A stretch of DNA of 64,000 nucleotides. Source: an uncultured Poribacteria bacterium (GTDB lineage Bacteria; Poribacteria; WGA-4E; WGA-3G). The stretch is from positions 2,528,001-2,592,000 of the forward strand of contig CATQHZ020000001.1 of NCBI GenBank assembly GCA_958296135.2, read 5' to 3'. The notes beneath the pieces are model-generated. The model was not told the origin of the DNA, did not search any database, and worked only from the letters and a program-made list of their open reading frames with translations. Shown here one piece after another: positions 49,080 through 58,859 of the stretch (the stretch's first letter is position 1; every line of letters begins with the position of its first letter). The translations under genes were made by a program, and so were the position numbers.

Positions 49080-52000
49080 ATGAAAAGGCATTCCATTTTT
49101 TTCTTATGTTTGCTGCTCGTCGTCGGGATAGTTTCGATGCTCGGCATACCGATAGACGCACAAGCCGTAGAATCAGTAGCTGGCATTAGAATCTACGTGA
49201 ACCCAGATGTGGTGCCCAGCTTCGCCGATGCGGGTTATCCAACCGCGGTGCAAACCGGGCAGTCAAGTATACGGGGTCACCCGTGGGCGACGGGGCCGTA
49301 CGTGAAACTCGGTACGAGCCACGGCACGGTGAGCGGCGGTACCGAGATTACTGACTCCAACGACCACGATAGCGCAAGCCCCGTCACGGCGGGTGGGGGG
49401 GATATCATCGCGATTGCGCTTCATCTACAGAATGTAGACCTCTGGTACTTAACGTTAAACTTCCCTGGTTTTGATGCGGCCGGGTTGGGAAGACCAGCGG
49501 CTCACACGACTAACCCGAACAGGATTAAACAGTCACCGCCTCCTAACGTCTACTTGGAAGGCCCCCCCGGCAACGCTGGGCTCAGTCCAGCACTTGCAGA
49601 TGCTACTGCTGTCTACTTTTATCGGGTGAAGAACGGCGACGTTGATACCGACGGTGGGTGGCTTGATTCTGCAGCGATGGCTACCCCTTTTTCTAATAAC
49701 CGATGGGGATCGTCAGCTAAAAAGGCGATCACGTTCGACACTAGAAATGTCAAGTATCCCAGAGTAGATGGCGTAGGCCCGGAGTTGGCTCCTATCCATA
49801 CCCATCCGGTTCGGTTCTCCGACAGTAGTGGCTATCCGATAGATAACGCGCCCAGGGGTGGGCATTCTCGCTATCACGAAATACGCGAGCACTGCATAGC
49901 CCATTCTCTTCTGCGAGGTTCCAGTTACACGAGCGTGTGTGCGCACGTGATGGAGGATGGCTATTCTAAGCCGGCTCTCGCCGACAGCCGGCAGGTTTAC
50001 TACTACGGCTTAGGCGACACCATCTACTATTCGGTGCGGTTTGATAAGGCGGTAACGGTGGACGCTGCCACTCCACCGACGCTGAGATTAGGGGGCGGCA
50101 CGCTCGTTGGTAAATATGCAGACTACCATTCCGGGGCAGGGACCGATACGCTCGTCTTCAGGTATACGGTGGAAGCGGGAGACTACAGATTCAGCGATCT
50201 CCAGCTTTACTCCGCTCTTCGGCATAACGCCTACAATCGGGGCCAACTTTGGCCGGAGGACGACCCGAACGCGAAGTGGATAAGGGACCTCGGTGGCAAC
50301 CGGTTCCTTCAGAGGTGGGCAGACACCCAATCCGCGCTGATGGCCTATTTTATCGGCGAGATGTCAGAGACAGACTGGACTTATGGAGGTGCTTCGGGCT
50401 TTCATTATAACCACATCCTCTGGTCTGGCGATGAAACTATCCGCGCGCTCCCAGGCAGCGAAGCGTCTAAAGTCCGTAATTTCATTGTAGATACCCTGCC
50501 GGCGACGGTGTGGATTCCCGGCTTGATAAAGAACGGCGAGACGCACACCGATGATAAACGGACTGCAATCGTCAGCTTGGATGCTGCCGCTGCACCGGTA
50601 ACAGATTTTGACCTCGGTGTTACGGAAAGCACGACGCAGACAGCGACGTTTGATGTGGAATTCCGTTTTTTCAACCATCCGGATGCGAAGAGTGCGGTAG
50701 CAGACGAAGTGGGGGAGAGTTTTCAACCCGCGGATGTCAGCATTACCGGCCCCGGTGTAACGCGTGATGCGTGGCAGGTTGCGTTGACGTATGTTGGGCT
50801 AGATCACCGGGCTACCGAGCGGTGGCCCCCTTCCCCTCACTGGACAGAGAGCCTTTCGGAGGATTCAACGAGCGCCAGGGAGAGACATATCGCCCGCCAT
50901 CCGGGAGAGATTGCAAGTGAGCATGAGATTCTCCGGGACTATCCGGCATTGGCATTTCCGCTCGGTAGCGCGAAGAATTCTGCGTCGTTCCTCGTCTACA
51001 AAGCGACGATTACGCCGCCGTTCGGTTTCGTCGGCGATGTCACTATCGCCTTGCCGGCGGGTGCCACGATGGACATTGCAGGCAACGCCAGTCTGGCATC
51101 GAATACGTTGACGGTGCCGGTGGACAATCCGTTGCGCGTGGTGGAAACGCCGGAGATTGTCGAGCCCCCCGCGGGTGTCTATACCGCCGGGGATAAGATT
51201 GAAGTGTCGGTGACGTATGCCCAGGAGAATCTACGGTATGAAGGGGCGAACCCGCCGTATCTGGTGGTGTATCTGGGTGAACAGGTGTTGGCCAATGCGC
51301 GGCATGCTGTTTGGACAGCGGCGGCAGGCACGGATTCGACGAAAGTGACGTTTGCGTATACGGTGGCAGCCACGGACACGGTGACGGATGCAGTGCGTGC
51401 TCCCTCTGTTGAGATACTCGTGCCGGAAGAGACGACGTTGTTGTCTGGGCCCCTAGGTGCGCCGGATGGGCAGCAGGTTGGGACAGCGGTGCCAGCTGTT
51501 GCGTCTGGTGCTGCGCCAGCCTCGGTGCCGGAGTTAGATCCGGTGGAAGATACGTCTGGGCGGGAGGTTGCGCCTGTCGTCCGGAAGACACCGGTTATAC
51601 CGGTTGTGCCGTTTTTCCCCGAGGCGGCTTCGCCGAAGGCTGCTGCGTCTGCTGTGCCTCGCAGTCCGATTGTTTTTAACGAGTTCGGCAATGGCAGCGG
51701 TGCTGCAAACGACTGGCTGGAACTCCGCAATGTCACGGGTTCGGCTGTCTCCTTGAAAGACTGGGAGCTCAGTGTCGTGCAAGATGACAAAAAGGAAGAT
51801 ACATCGCTTGTCGTTTTCGCGGATGTGAGCGTGCCGGCGAACGGGCTGTTGCTGCTGGTGAGTACCTCGCCGGCCAAAACGTCTCTCGCCGGTGGCGATG
51901 ATATTGCCACTTCCGCCGTAGAGCAGAAAGGTTCGCCGCATCAGTATCTCGTTGTCTCGGGCCTCGCGTTGCCGGATGATGGGCAGTTCCTGTTGATTCT

Positions 52001-53345
52001 GCGGAACGCCAAGGAGAAACTCGGTATGAACGAGGCATTTGTCGATGTCGCCGGTGGCGGTGGCAGTGACACGGATGCGTTCGTTCGCGAGCAGACAGGT
52101 GACTATGATACCTACGTGTGGCCGTTGCAAGTGCTACAAGCTCCCGGTGGTGATACCGAAGGGGCTCTCGGCTCTGGTAAGGTGTGGCAGCGCGCGAAGG
52201 CAGATATTGTGGGTTACCACAAAGATGCATGGGCAGAAGCCGCCTTCACCGGTATCGGCTATGACAGGAATGTTTCCAAGTCTGCTGCCACCGCTGGCAC
52301 GCCGGGGTATCCGAATGGTGCCGTGAAAACGGGTGCGGCCACGCCAAAAGGCAGTATCACTATCAGCGAAGTGATGTTCGATTCGGGTGGTGGGACACTG
52401 CCACAGTGGATAGAGTTGTATAATAAATCCAAAACCGAGGCACTCAATCTGAACCGGTGGGAACTGGAGTTCCAGAATGTGGATTCCGAGGAGCTCGTCG
52501 GTAGGCCGATTGTGGCGTTGACGTTGCAGGAGAAGGTGATTCAACCGAATCAGACGCTGCTGATTGTCGCGGGCCCTGCGCGTGCATCGTCAAGCACGGT
52601 ATTTCCTGCGGAGCGGGTTTACAACCTGTTGGATTTGCATCAGAGGAACCTGCGCATTAAGACTGCGCGGGATACGTTCCTGAGCGCGGAAGGGTTCTAC
52701 CTGAAACTTACCGATAGCAACGGTAACCTCGTAGACGAGGTTGGCAACACTGATGGTAATCGTCGGACGAAAGATGCACCGGCGTGGGCGTTACCGGTGA
52801 GTGCCGAGGAAGGCGTTCGGAGTTCGCTCATTCGGCGTTACGACAACGGCGTGGCGCGGAAAGGGAAGCAGCGTGCGAGTTGGGCCCTGGCATCGAACGT
52901 CAAGCGACTCGCCGTGTCAGAACTCCATTATGGGCATGCCGAGGATATCGGCACGCCGGGGTATCGCGCTGGCGGTGCCTTGCCGGTGGAGTTGTCAAGT
53001 TTCTCGGTGATGCACAATGAAGCTGGCGCGGTTGTCTTAACCTGGACGACGGAGTCTGAAGTTGACAACGCTGGCTTTAACCTGCGCCGTAGTGAGAAAC
53101 GCACGAGCGGTTTCACGCTGCTGAATGCTGCGTTGATTGCGGGTGCTGGCACGACAGGTGAGCGTCAGACGTATACGTATACGGATACGTCTGCGAAGCC
53201 GGGTGTTGAGTACTATTATCAGATCGAGGAGGTCGCGTTTGATGGCCGGCCGGTGACGTTAGCGACGCGGATGTTGCGGGGGCCTGTCTCTGCGGCAAAT
53301 CGGCAGTTGACGACGTTCGGTGCTGTGAAAAAGCAGGCGAAATAG
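49080..53345 (+). CDS. Large secreted lamin-tail-domain / Ig-like surface protein
   Basis: Signal peptide; Ig-like YHSGAGTDTLVFRYTV and D.AGN motifs; two lamin-tail domains (IVFNEF..DWLELRN, ITISEVM..QWIELYN, GTPG); LPVELSSF module; C-terminal LTTFGAVKK. Confidence 0.85.
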   Translation: MKRHSIFFLCLLLVVGIVSMLGIPIDAQAVESVAGIRIYVNPDVVPSFADAGYPTAVQTGQSSIRGHPWATGPYVKLGTSHGTVSGGTEITDSNDHDSASPVTAGGGDIIAIALHLQNVDLWYLTLNFPGFDAAGLGRPAAHTTNPNRIKQSPPPNVYLEGPPGNAGLSPALADATAVYFYRVKNGDVDTDGGWLDSAAMATPFSNNRWGSSAKKAITFDTRNVKYPRVDGVGPELAPIHTHPVRFSDSSGYPIDNAPRGGHSRYHEIREHCIAHSLLRGSSYTSVCAHVMEDGYSKPALADSRQVYYYGLGDTIYYSVRFDKAVTVDAATPPTLRLGGGTLVGKYADYHSGAGTDTLVFRYTVEAGDYRFSDLQLYSALRHNAYNRGQLWPEDDPNAKWIRDLGGNRFLQRWADTQSALMAYFIGEMSETDWTYGGASGFHYNHILWSGDETIRALPGSEASKVRNFIVDTLPATVWIPGLIKNGETHTDDKRTAIVSLDAAAAPVTDFDLGVTESTTQTATFDVEFRFFNHPDAKSAVADEVGESFQPADVSITGPGVTRDAWQVALTYVGLDHRATERWPPSPHWTESLSEDSTSARERHIARHPGEIASEHEILRDYPALAFPLGSAKNSASFLVYKATITPPFGFVGDVTIALPAGATMDIAGNASLASNTLTVPVDNPLRVVETPEIVEPPAGVYTAGDKIEVSVTYAQENLRYEGANPPYLVVYLGEQVLANARHAVWTAAAGTDSTKVTFAYTVAATDTVTDAVRAPSVEILVPEETTLLSGPLGAPDGQQVGTAVPAVASGAAPASVPELDPVEDTSGREVAPVVRKTPVIPVVPFFPEAASPKAAASAVPRSPIVFNEFGNGSGAANDWLELRNVTGSAVSLKDWELSVVQDDKKEDTSLVVFADVSVPANGLLLLVSTSPAKTSLAGGDDIATSAVEQKGSPHQYLVVSGLALPDDGQFLLILRNAKEKLGMNEAFVDVAGGGGSDTDAFVREQTGDYDTYVWPLQVLQAPGGDTEGALGSGKVWQRAKADIVGYHKDAWAEAAFTGIGYDRNVSKSAATAGTPGYPNGAVKTGAATPKGSITISEVMFDSGGGTLPQWIELYNKSKTEALNLNRWELEFQNVDSEELVGRPIVALTLQEKVIQPNQTLLIVAGPARASSSTVFPAERVYNLLDLHQRNLRIKTARDTFLSAEGFYLKLTDSNGNLVDEVGNTDGNRRTKDAPAWALPVSAEEGVRSSLIRRYDNGVARKGKQRASWALASNVKRLAVSELHYGHAEDIGTPGYRAGGALPVELSSFSVMHNEAGAVVLTWTTESEVDNAGFNLRRSEKRTSGFTLLNAALIAGAGTTGERQTYTYTDTSAKPGVEYYYQIEEVAFDGRPVTLATRMLRGPVSAANRQLTTFGAVKKQAK

Positions 53346-53347
53346 AT

Positions 53348-54150
53348 GTAGGGTGAGGGTTGTCCCTCGCGATGTAGAAAACGGCCGTGGCCCCTTGGGG
53401 TTGCGGCTGTTTTCGTTTGGGTTGGGCGATCGCGAGGGGCCCTTAGTTCGTAGGGCGCGGTCCTGTGCCGCGCCATGCGATGGTAAAAAGGGCCCCTTCT
53501 ACCGTAGGGCGCGGGCCTGTGCCGCGCCATGCTGCGGTTAAAAGGGCTCCTTAGTCCGTAGGGCGCGGTCCTGTGCCGCGCCATGCGATGGTAAAAAGGG
53601 CCCCTTCTACCGTAGGGCGCGGTCCTGTGCCTCGCCATGCATCGATCTGCAGAGAAGAGGGCCGAAGTCCTGGGGCTTCGGGCGTTTTTTGTGTAGGTCG
53701 AACGATCGCGAGGGACAGTGGACATCTCTGCAGCGAGGCTGCAGAGATGACAAAGTTTCGGCGTGACGGCCCTCGCGCTACGGTGCGAGGGGGCGGGTTC
53801 GTGTGGTTCGGACGATCGCGAGGGGAACCCTCGGCGATTCGTGATCGCCGGGCCATCGCGCGACGGTGAAAGGGCCCCTTAGTCCGTAGGGCGCGGTCCT
53901 GTGCCGCGCCATGCATCGATCTGCAGAGAAGATGGCCGAAGTCCCGGGGTTTCGGTCGTTTTTTGTGTAGGTCGGTAGATCGCGAGGGGAACCCTCGGCG
54001 ATTCGCGATCGCCGGGCCCTCGCGCTACGGTAAAAGGGGCCGTTTCGGCGTGACGGCCCTCGCACTACGGTAAAAGGGGCCGTCAGTGAAAGGGCCCCTT
54101 AGTCCGTAGGGCGCGGTCTTGTGCCGCGCCATGCATCGGTCTGCAGAGGA
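53348..54150. repeat. Large BIME-like mosaic of GTAG REP palindromes (right of the lamin-tail gene)
   Basis: Same unit types and orientation as 47325-48265. Confidence 0.92.
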
Positions 54151-54205
54151 GAGTTCGTTTCTTCTGGTTGTTAGTGTTATAGAGTATTGCTCTTTGCGCC
54201 GAGCC

Positions 54206-54883
54206 CTAAAAACCCGATGGTTTCCTCCGACGAAAGAACTTTGGAACGAAGGAGAGCAACAAAAACAGACACCCCACGATGCCGAGATAAACCATGGTCT
54301 TCACGAAGTCCCCCTCGCCGCTGACAAACGCGCCGCCGAGTTGCACCAGCACCGTTGTCCCCGGCAACATGAAAATCGCTGAGACGAGCAGATAAGTAGA
54401 AAATCGGATGCTCGTCAGGCCATAGGCGTAGTTTTGCAGGTTAAACGGGAAAATCGGCACGAGGCGCGTAAACATCAAAACGCGCCAGCCTTGCTGTTCA
54501 ACTTGTTCATCGATTTTGCGGAACTGCGGATTGCTCGCCACCCAACTTGCAACCAGCCCGCGCACAGCGTAACGAGCAATAAGGAATGCGAAGGCAATAG
54601 AGATAATCGAGGCAACCGAGGCGTAGAAGACACCCCACACCGGGCCGAAGGCAATCCCCGCCAGCACCGTCACCGGGAAACCGGGCAGGAAGAAAATGGT
54701 GGACACGAGGTAAATCCCCATGTAAATCAGCGGAGCTATCGCCCCGAAGCCCGCAACCCAAGTTTTGATTTTCGGCACGTTTTCCAGCCGAATAGCATCC
54801 GTCACGCCGTAATGTCTTAACAACAAATAAACCGCTGCAAGGGTGCCGGCAGTGATTACAATTTTAATGAGGCTGTTTTTCAT
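54206..54883 (-). CDS. TVP38/TMEM64 (DedA/VTT) family membrane protein
   Basis: FFLPG, AGIAFG and RLVPIFPFNLQNYAYGLT motifs. Confidence 0.9.
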   Translation of the reverse strand: MKNSLIKIVITAGTLAAVYLLLRHYGVTDAIRLENVPKIKTWVAGFGAIAPLIYMGIYLVSTIFFLPGFPVTVLAGIAFGPVWGVFYASVASIISIAFAFLIARYAVRGLVASWVASNPQFRKIDEQVEQQGWRVLMFTRLVPIFPFNLQNYAYGLTSIRFSTYLLVSAIFMLPGTTVLVQLGGAFVSGEGDFVKTMVYLGIVGCLFLLLSFVPKFFRRRKPSGF

Positions 54884-54894
54884 TGTCTCCTTAA

Positions 54895-56379
54895 CTAATT
54901 CTCCTTCCCTATGGCAATAGCCTCCAAATAGGCTTTGATTTGTGCCCGATACCGGACCGGAATTCGGTTATTTTCAATGGCTTGCGCATACTCTCGCTTG
55001 GCATTCAGCACAACGTCGCTGAAAAGACGGTAGGAACCATCGCCTCTCAGGGCCTCTGCTCCCGTGAAGACCCGGGATAAGCGTTGGGAATCCGCTGAGG
55101 GTTCCGTCGTGAGCGTCAGCTGCTCTCCGTTCACTTGCAACGATGGCGTTTCATCGCCAGTCAGGAGAGACTCTTCACCGTAGCGCGGGGGCCTGTCCCC
55201 CGCGCGCTCTTTATCCATTGACACACTTTCCAAGCGTGCCGGAGATTCGCTCGGCACCGTTTCAAGCGTTCCTTGCACCTCGCCGTTGCCCGCCTCTTGC
55301 CCAGGCGCGCCATCGTTATTGGCCACGCCGCCGGAAGAATTTTGCGGCTCAATGCTTGCCAGCGCGAGCTCTTTCCGACTCGCCGTAAGCTGCGCCTCCA
55401 GCTGCGCCAGCTGCGGGAACGCCTTTACCTGCCGGAGGACTTCGGCAATATCTCGCAAAGTTTCCGGGGACACTGCCTTTCCCTGAATCTCTGCCAGCAA
55501 TGTGTTCGGTAAACGTTCAGCCAAACGCGCAAAGAGTTCAGCGAGTTCAGCCTGGAGTTCCGGTGAAATCTCCGGTTGTTCCGCGAGTGCCTCCAATTCC
55601 GCCGAAAGTTCGTTCGCATTCATCCCCTTAAAGCGCGGTGTCGCCTGTGTCGCTTCGGCGATAGCAGCTTCAACTTCAGCGGCTTGCTCCACCTGTTGCT
55701 TCCGCACCGCTGTATTCAACGCGCTTAACTGCGCCTGTGCATCGCGCACATCCTTTGCGGCTTTCAACTTGTTCACCGTCTCCCGTATTTGTGGAGTATC
55801 AGTCTGCAACTTTTCAAGGTTTTGCACCGCCGCGTCAACAACTTGTTGTTGGGCAACGGTGAGCGGCGGCGGCACGTCATAGAGCCGCGGCACGGCAAAA
55901 GAGAACACAATGAACAGCAACGGAATCGGAACCGCTTTTAGGATGCCGGGCACGCGATACGGAAAAGTCGCACTCAGGTGCTCGCGCCTATCGGAAACGG
56001 CGTTCGCAGTATCGCGAATTTGGAACTGAGCGAAAGCGGAAGTGTCATCGGCACTTATTAATTGATACGCTGTGCTCAACCGTTCCTTGAGCCCCATGCG
56101 CAAGTCGACAATACGCGCCACCGCTCGCAAATCCTTTCGGTGTCTGAAACCTAAGCAGATACCCACACCGACTGCTCCCAAAACGCCGAGCAAACTCATA
56201 TCCGTTATCCGCATCGGAAGCAGGATGAGGCGGTTTACTACAAACAGTATAGCGAGCAGTAAAAGCCCACAAAAGAGCGCGCTTGTCACCTTTTGCAAGA
56301 GGACTTGCTGGTGCATTCGAGTTCGCGCATTCGTTAGGATGTTGAGAATCACACGTTCCGGTCTCACCATGGGAGTCAT
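54895..56379 (-). CDS. Membrane-anchored coiled-coil hypothetical protein
   Basis: N-terminal TMs, D.RMGLKERLSTA, and C-terminal IPVRYRAQIKAY, which is typical of vWA/MoxR-associated membrane proteins. Confidence 0.7.
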   Translation of the reverse strand: MTPMVRPERVILNILTNARTRMHQQVLLQKVTSALFCGLLLLAILFVVNRLILLPMRITDMSLLGVLGAVGVGICLGFRHRKDLRAVARIVDLRMGLKERLSTAYQLISADDTSAFAQFQIRDTANAVSDRREHLSATFPYRVPGILKAVPIPLLFIVFSFAVPRLYDVPPPLTVAQQQVVDAAVQNLEKLQTDTPQIRETVNKLKAAKDVRDAQAQLSALNTAVRKQQVEQAAEVEAAIAEATQATPRFKGMNANELSAELEALAEQPEISPELQAELAELFARLAERLPNTLLAEIQGKAVSPETLRDIAEVLRQVKAFPQLAQLEAQLTASRKELALASIEPQNSSGGVANNDGAPGQEAGNGEVQGTLETVPSESPARLESVSMDKERAGDRPPRYGEESLLTGDETPSLQVNGEQLTLTTEPSADSQRLSRVFTGAEALRGDGSYRLFSDVVLNAKREYAQAIENNRIPVRYRAQIKAYLEAIAIGKEN

Positions 56380-56423
56380 TCCATTAGATAATCATCGCGA
56401 TGGACAGATATAGCCACCCGGCC

Positions 56424-57449
56424 TTACAGAAAAAGGCACATTTTCTCCACCGCTTCCATCACTGCGTCTGGTGTAATCGCCGCGAGGTTTTGGCGTGCAA
56501 CCTCGGGGTGTGCGTCCCACGCTTTCGGTGAAAGCGTCCGCATAAACGGGCAATCCTCGCGTGCGATGACGGTATGTTTACGCCACGGCGGCCCCCACTG
56601 CAACGGGTTTGACGCACCAAACAGCGCAATTGTCGGCGTTTTCAACGCCGTGCTCAGGTGCATCGGACCGGTATCATTGCTAATGTAGAGATGGCACCGC
56701 TGCAGCAGCGCGGCGAGTTGCATCGGCGTTGTATCCTTAACGATAACAGGCGAACGCGCCAGATGAGCTGCCAGATGCGCGGCAAGCTCACCCTCTCGGG
56801 GCCCCGTCGTGATGATGAGGTGCGCGTCATACACTTCGCGCATCCGGTCGCCGACTATTGCGAAATTAGCGCAAGCCCAGCGGCGATAGGTTGTCGCAGC
56901 ACCGGGGTTGAGCCCAATAACCGGCCTGCCATCATCAAGGTTTAACTTCGAGAAAAATCTATTAGCCCACGCTTGCGCAGCGTCATCAACAAAGACTTCC
57001 GGTTCATCAGCCAATTCGCCTTCAATACCGAGCGCGCGGACAACATCCAGATAACGCTGCACCTCATGCTGATTCGTGTTATTCGGCACCGCAAGATTGA
57101 GCAGGCTCTTACCGCCTGCGTTCGTCTCAAACCCAACACGGAACGGAACTCTGGCGAGAAAGGTGTGCAGCACCAACCGGAACGTCGGCTGTAGCACAAC
57201 CGCCATCTGAAATCTCTCCCGAACGAGTTGATAAATCAGTCGCGGCACCGAAGGCTGATACGTCAACACCGCATCCAAATGCGGGTTCGCTGATACCAAA
57301 TCCTCTCGCGTCGGCGCCACCATGTAAGCGATGTAGGCATCGGGAAATCGGCACCGTAGCGCGCGAATAACCGGCGTAGTCAAAACCGTTTCACCGAGCG
57401 GCGCGAGCCTGACGATTAAAATGCGGTTAATTCTTTCAAGTTCAATCAT
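56424..57449 (-). CDS. Glycosyltransferase family 9 (heptosyltransferase-like)
   Basis: ILIVRLAPLGET, NPGAA..RRW and SNDTGPMHL..PTIALFG motifs. Confidence 0.9.
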   Translation of the reverse strand: MIELERINRILIVRLAPLGETVLTTPVIRALRCRFPDAYIAYMVAPTREDLVSANPHLDAVLTYQPSVPRLIYQLVRERFQMAVVLQPTFRLVLHTFLARVPFRVGFETNAGGKSLLNLAVPNNTNQHEVQRYLDVVRALGIEGELADEPEVFVDDAAQAWANRFFSKLNLDDGRPVIGLNPGAATTYRRWACANFAIVGDRMREVYDAHLIITTGPREGELAAHLAAHLARSPVIVKDTTPMQLAALLQRCHLYISNDTGPMHLSTALKTPTIALFGASNPLQWGPPWRKHTVIAREDCPFMRTLSPKAWDAHPEVARQNLAAITPDAVMEAVEKMCLFL

Positions 57450-57640
57450 CTCACTAGCCGCACTACATAACCTATAAGAATCTCGTCAAATGTAGACTAA
57501 TCTGGAAACCTGTGCAAGTCTACGAGTCTCTGAGAGGTCAGCGGTTTCCTGCTTCTTCCGCGCACACGCGGGTTCTGATGCCAGCCTACCAAAGTAGGTG
57601 TTACAGCGTCTCCACAGGCGTTTAGACTCTCGTCCGTGCT
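57440..57640 (-). ncRNA. Putative omegaRNA/reRNA overlapping the tnpB 3' end and right end
   Basis: AACGCCTGTGGAG...GAAGCAGGAA segment as commonly seen at tnpB 3' ends; extent inferred. Confidence 0.5.
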
Positions 57641-58723
57641 AGACGCGAGCTGTCGAAGGTTTATAGCGGCGTTAACGTCTCTGTCCTCTACCAATCCGCA
57701 GATACCGCAGTGGTATTCTCTGTCCTTGAGCGTCAGTTTGAATTCGCCACGTTTGACGTATCCACAGTAACTGCATCGCTGTGTTGACGGCCAGAACGTA
57801 TCTGCCGACACAATGCGGATGCCACGCCACACCGCTTTGTATTTAAGTTTGACGAGAAAACCACCGAGGCTTGCATCGGCGAGTGCCTTGCTCAGCTTGC
57901 GATTTTTCATCAAACCTTTCACGGTGAGGCTCTCGATGCCAAGTGCCGAGATGCCTTGCAGGATGCGATGTGTTGCCTGATGATGGGCATCGGTTCGCAC
58001 ATTGGCGATACGGGCGTGCAGGCGGGCGAGGCGTTCCTTCGCCTGCCACCAGTTGCGGCTCATGAACGTCTTGCGGGCGAGTGCCTTGTTTGCGCGACGT
58101 AGTTTGCGTTCATTGACGCGCAAGGCACGCGGATTTTCGTAGACAGTGCCATCGTCCATCGTGGCGAGGGCGGAGATGCCGACATCGCAACCTGCGGCGG
58201 GCAGTGCTGACGTGTCGGGCGGTTCCGGGACATCAACTTCGACGAGGATGCTGAGATACCATCGATGTGCGATTCGCTTAACGAAAGCACGGCGAACTTC
58301 ACCTGTCCATCGAGGGGTTTCATGCAACCTAACCTGTCCAATTATCGGGAGGACGACGTGTTTGCCGTCCTCCGTCATTTTGACAGTATTGACACCATTA
58401 TCAATCTGGAACGCGGGGCGAGACTTATGCGTCTTCCGTTTGGGCGCACCATTCTGTCCCGATTTGTATCTGGCGATAGCATCACCGAAAGCGTGGATAG
58501 CAGTCTTGCCTGCGTTTTGAGAACACGCGGCGAATTCGGGGAACACCTCGCGCTTCCGTGAGTTGAAGATTTTCTTCAAATCGTAGAGGGAGTTACGGCG
58601 GTCGGCGTTCCAATCAGAATGTGCGGCATTATAGGCGGCGCGTGCGAATTGCACATGCAGGTTAAATGCCTCGACCTGTTCCTCAGTTGGAGTGAGTGCT
58701 ATCTTCTGGGCTCGTAATGCCAT
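57497..58723 (-). CDS. tnpB: RNA-guided endonuclease TnpB
   Basis: RuvC-I GCDVG, RuvC-II IESL, Zn finger CSYCG..CGICG and RuvC-III DRDVNAAINL; all catalytic residues present. Confidence 0.93.
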   Translation of the reverse strand: MALRAQKIALTPTEEQVEAFNLHVQFARAAYNAAHSDWNADRRNSLYDLKKIFNSRKREVFPEFAACSQNAGKTAIHAFGDAIARYKSGQNGAPKRKTHKSRPAFQIDNGVNTVKMTEDGKHVVLPIIGQVRLHETPRWTGEVRRAFVKRIAHRWYLSILVEVDVPEPPDTSALPAAGCDVGISALATMDDGTVYENPRALRVNERKLRRANKALARKTFMSRNWWQAKERLARLHARIANVRTDAHHQATHRILQGISALGIESLTVKGLMKNRKLSKALADASLGGFLVKLKYKAVWRGIRIVSADTFWPSTQRCSYCGYVKRGEFKLTLKDREYHCGICGLVEDRDVNAAINLRQLASSTDESLNACGDAVTPTLVGWHQNPRVRGRSRKPLTSQRLVDLHRFPD

Positions 58724-58830
58724 AGGTGTCACCGTTCGCCGTTGTTTTTCCTTCCTACTAAGGTAAGGTGGAGGTGAGAGACACGGCGGGATGCCGCGCT
58801 TAGTAGGTCTCACCTCCCAACGGCAACTAT

Positions 58831-58859
58831 ATTATACCACAAATCCACGCCGAATGCAA
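58831..58859 (-). promoter_or_regulatory. sigma70 promoter for tnpB
   Basis: TTGCAT-17 bp-TATAAT with extended TG. Confidence 0.7.
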
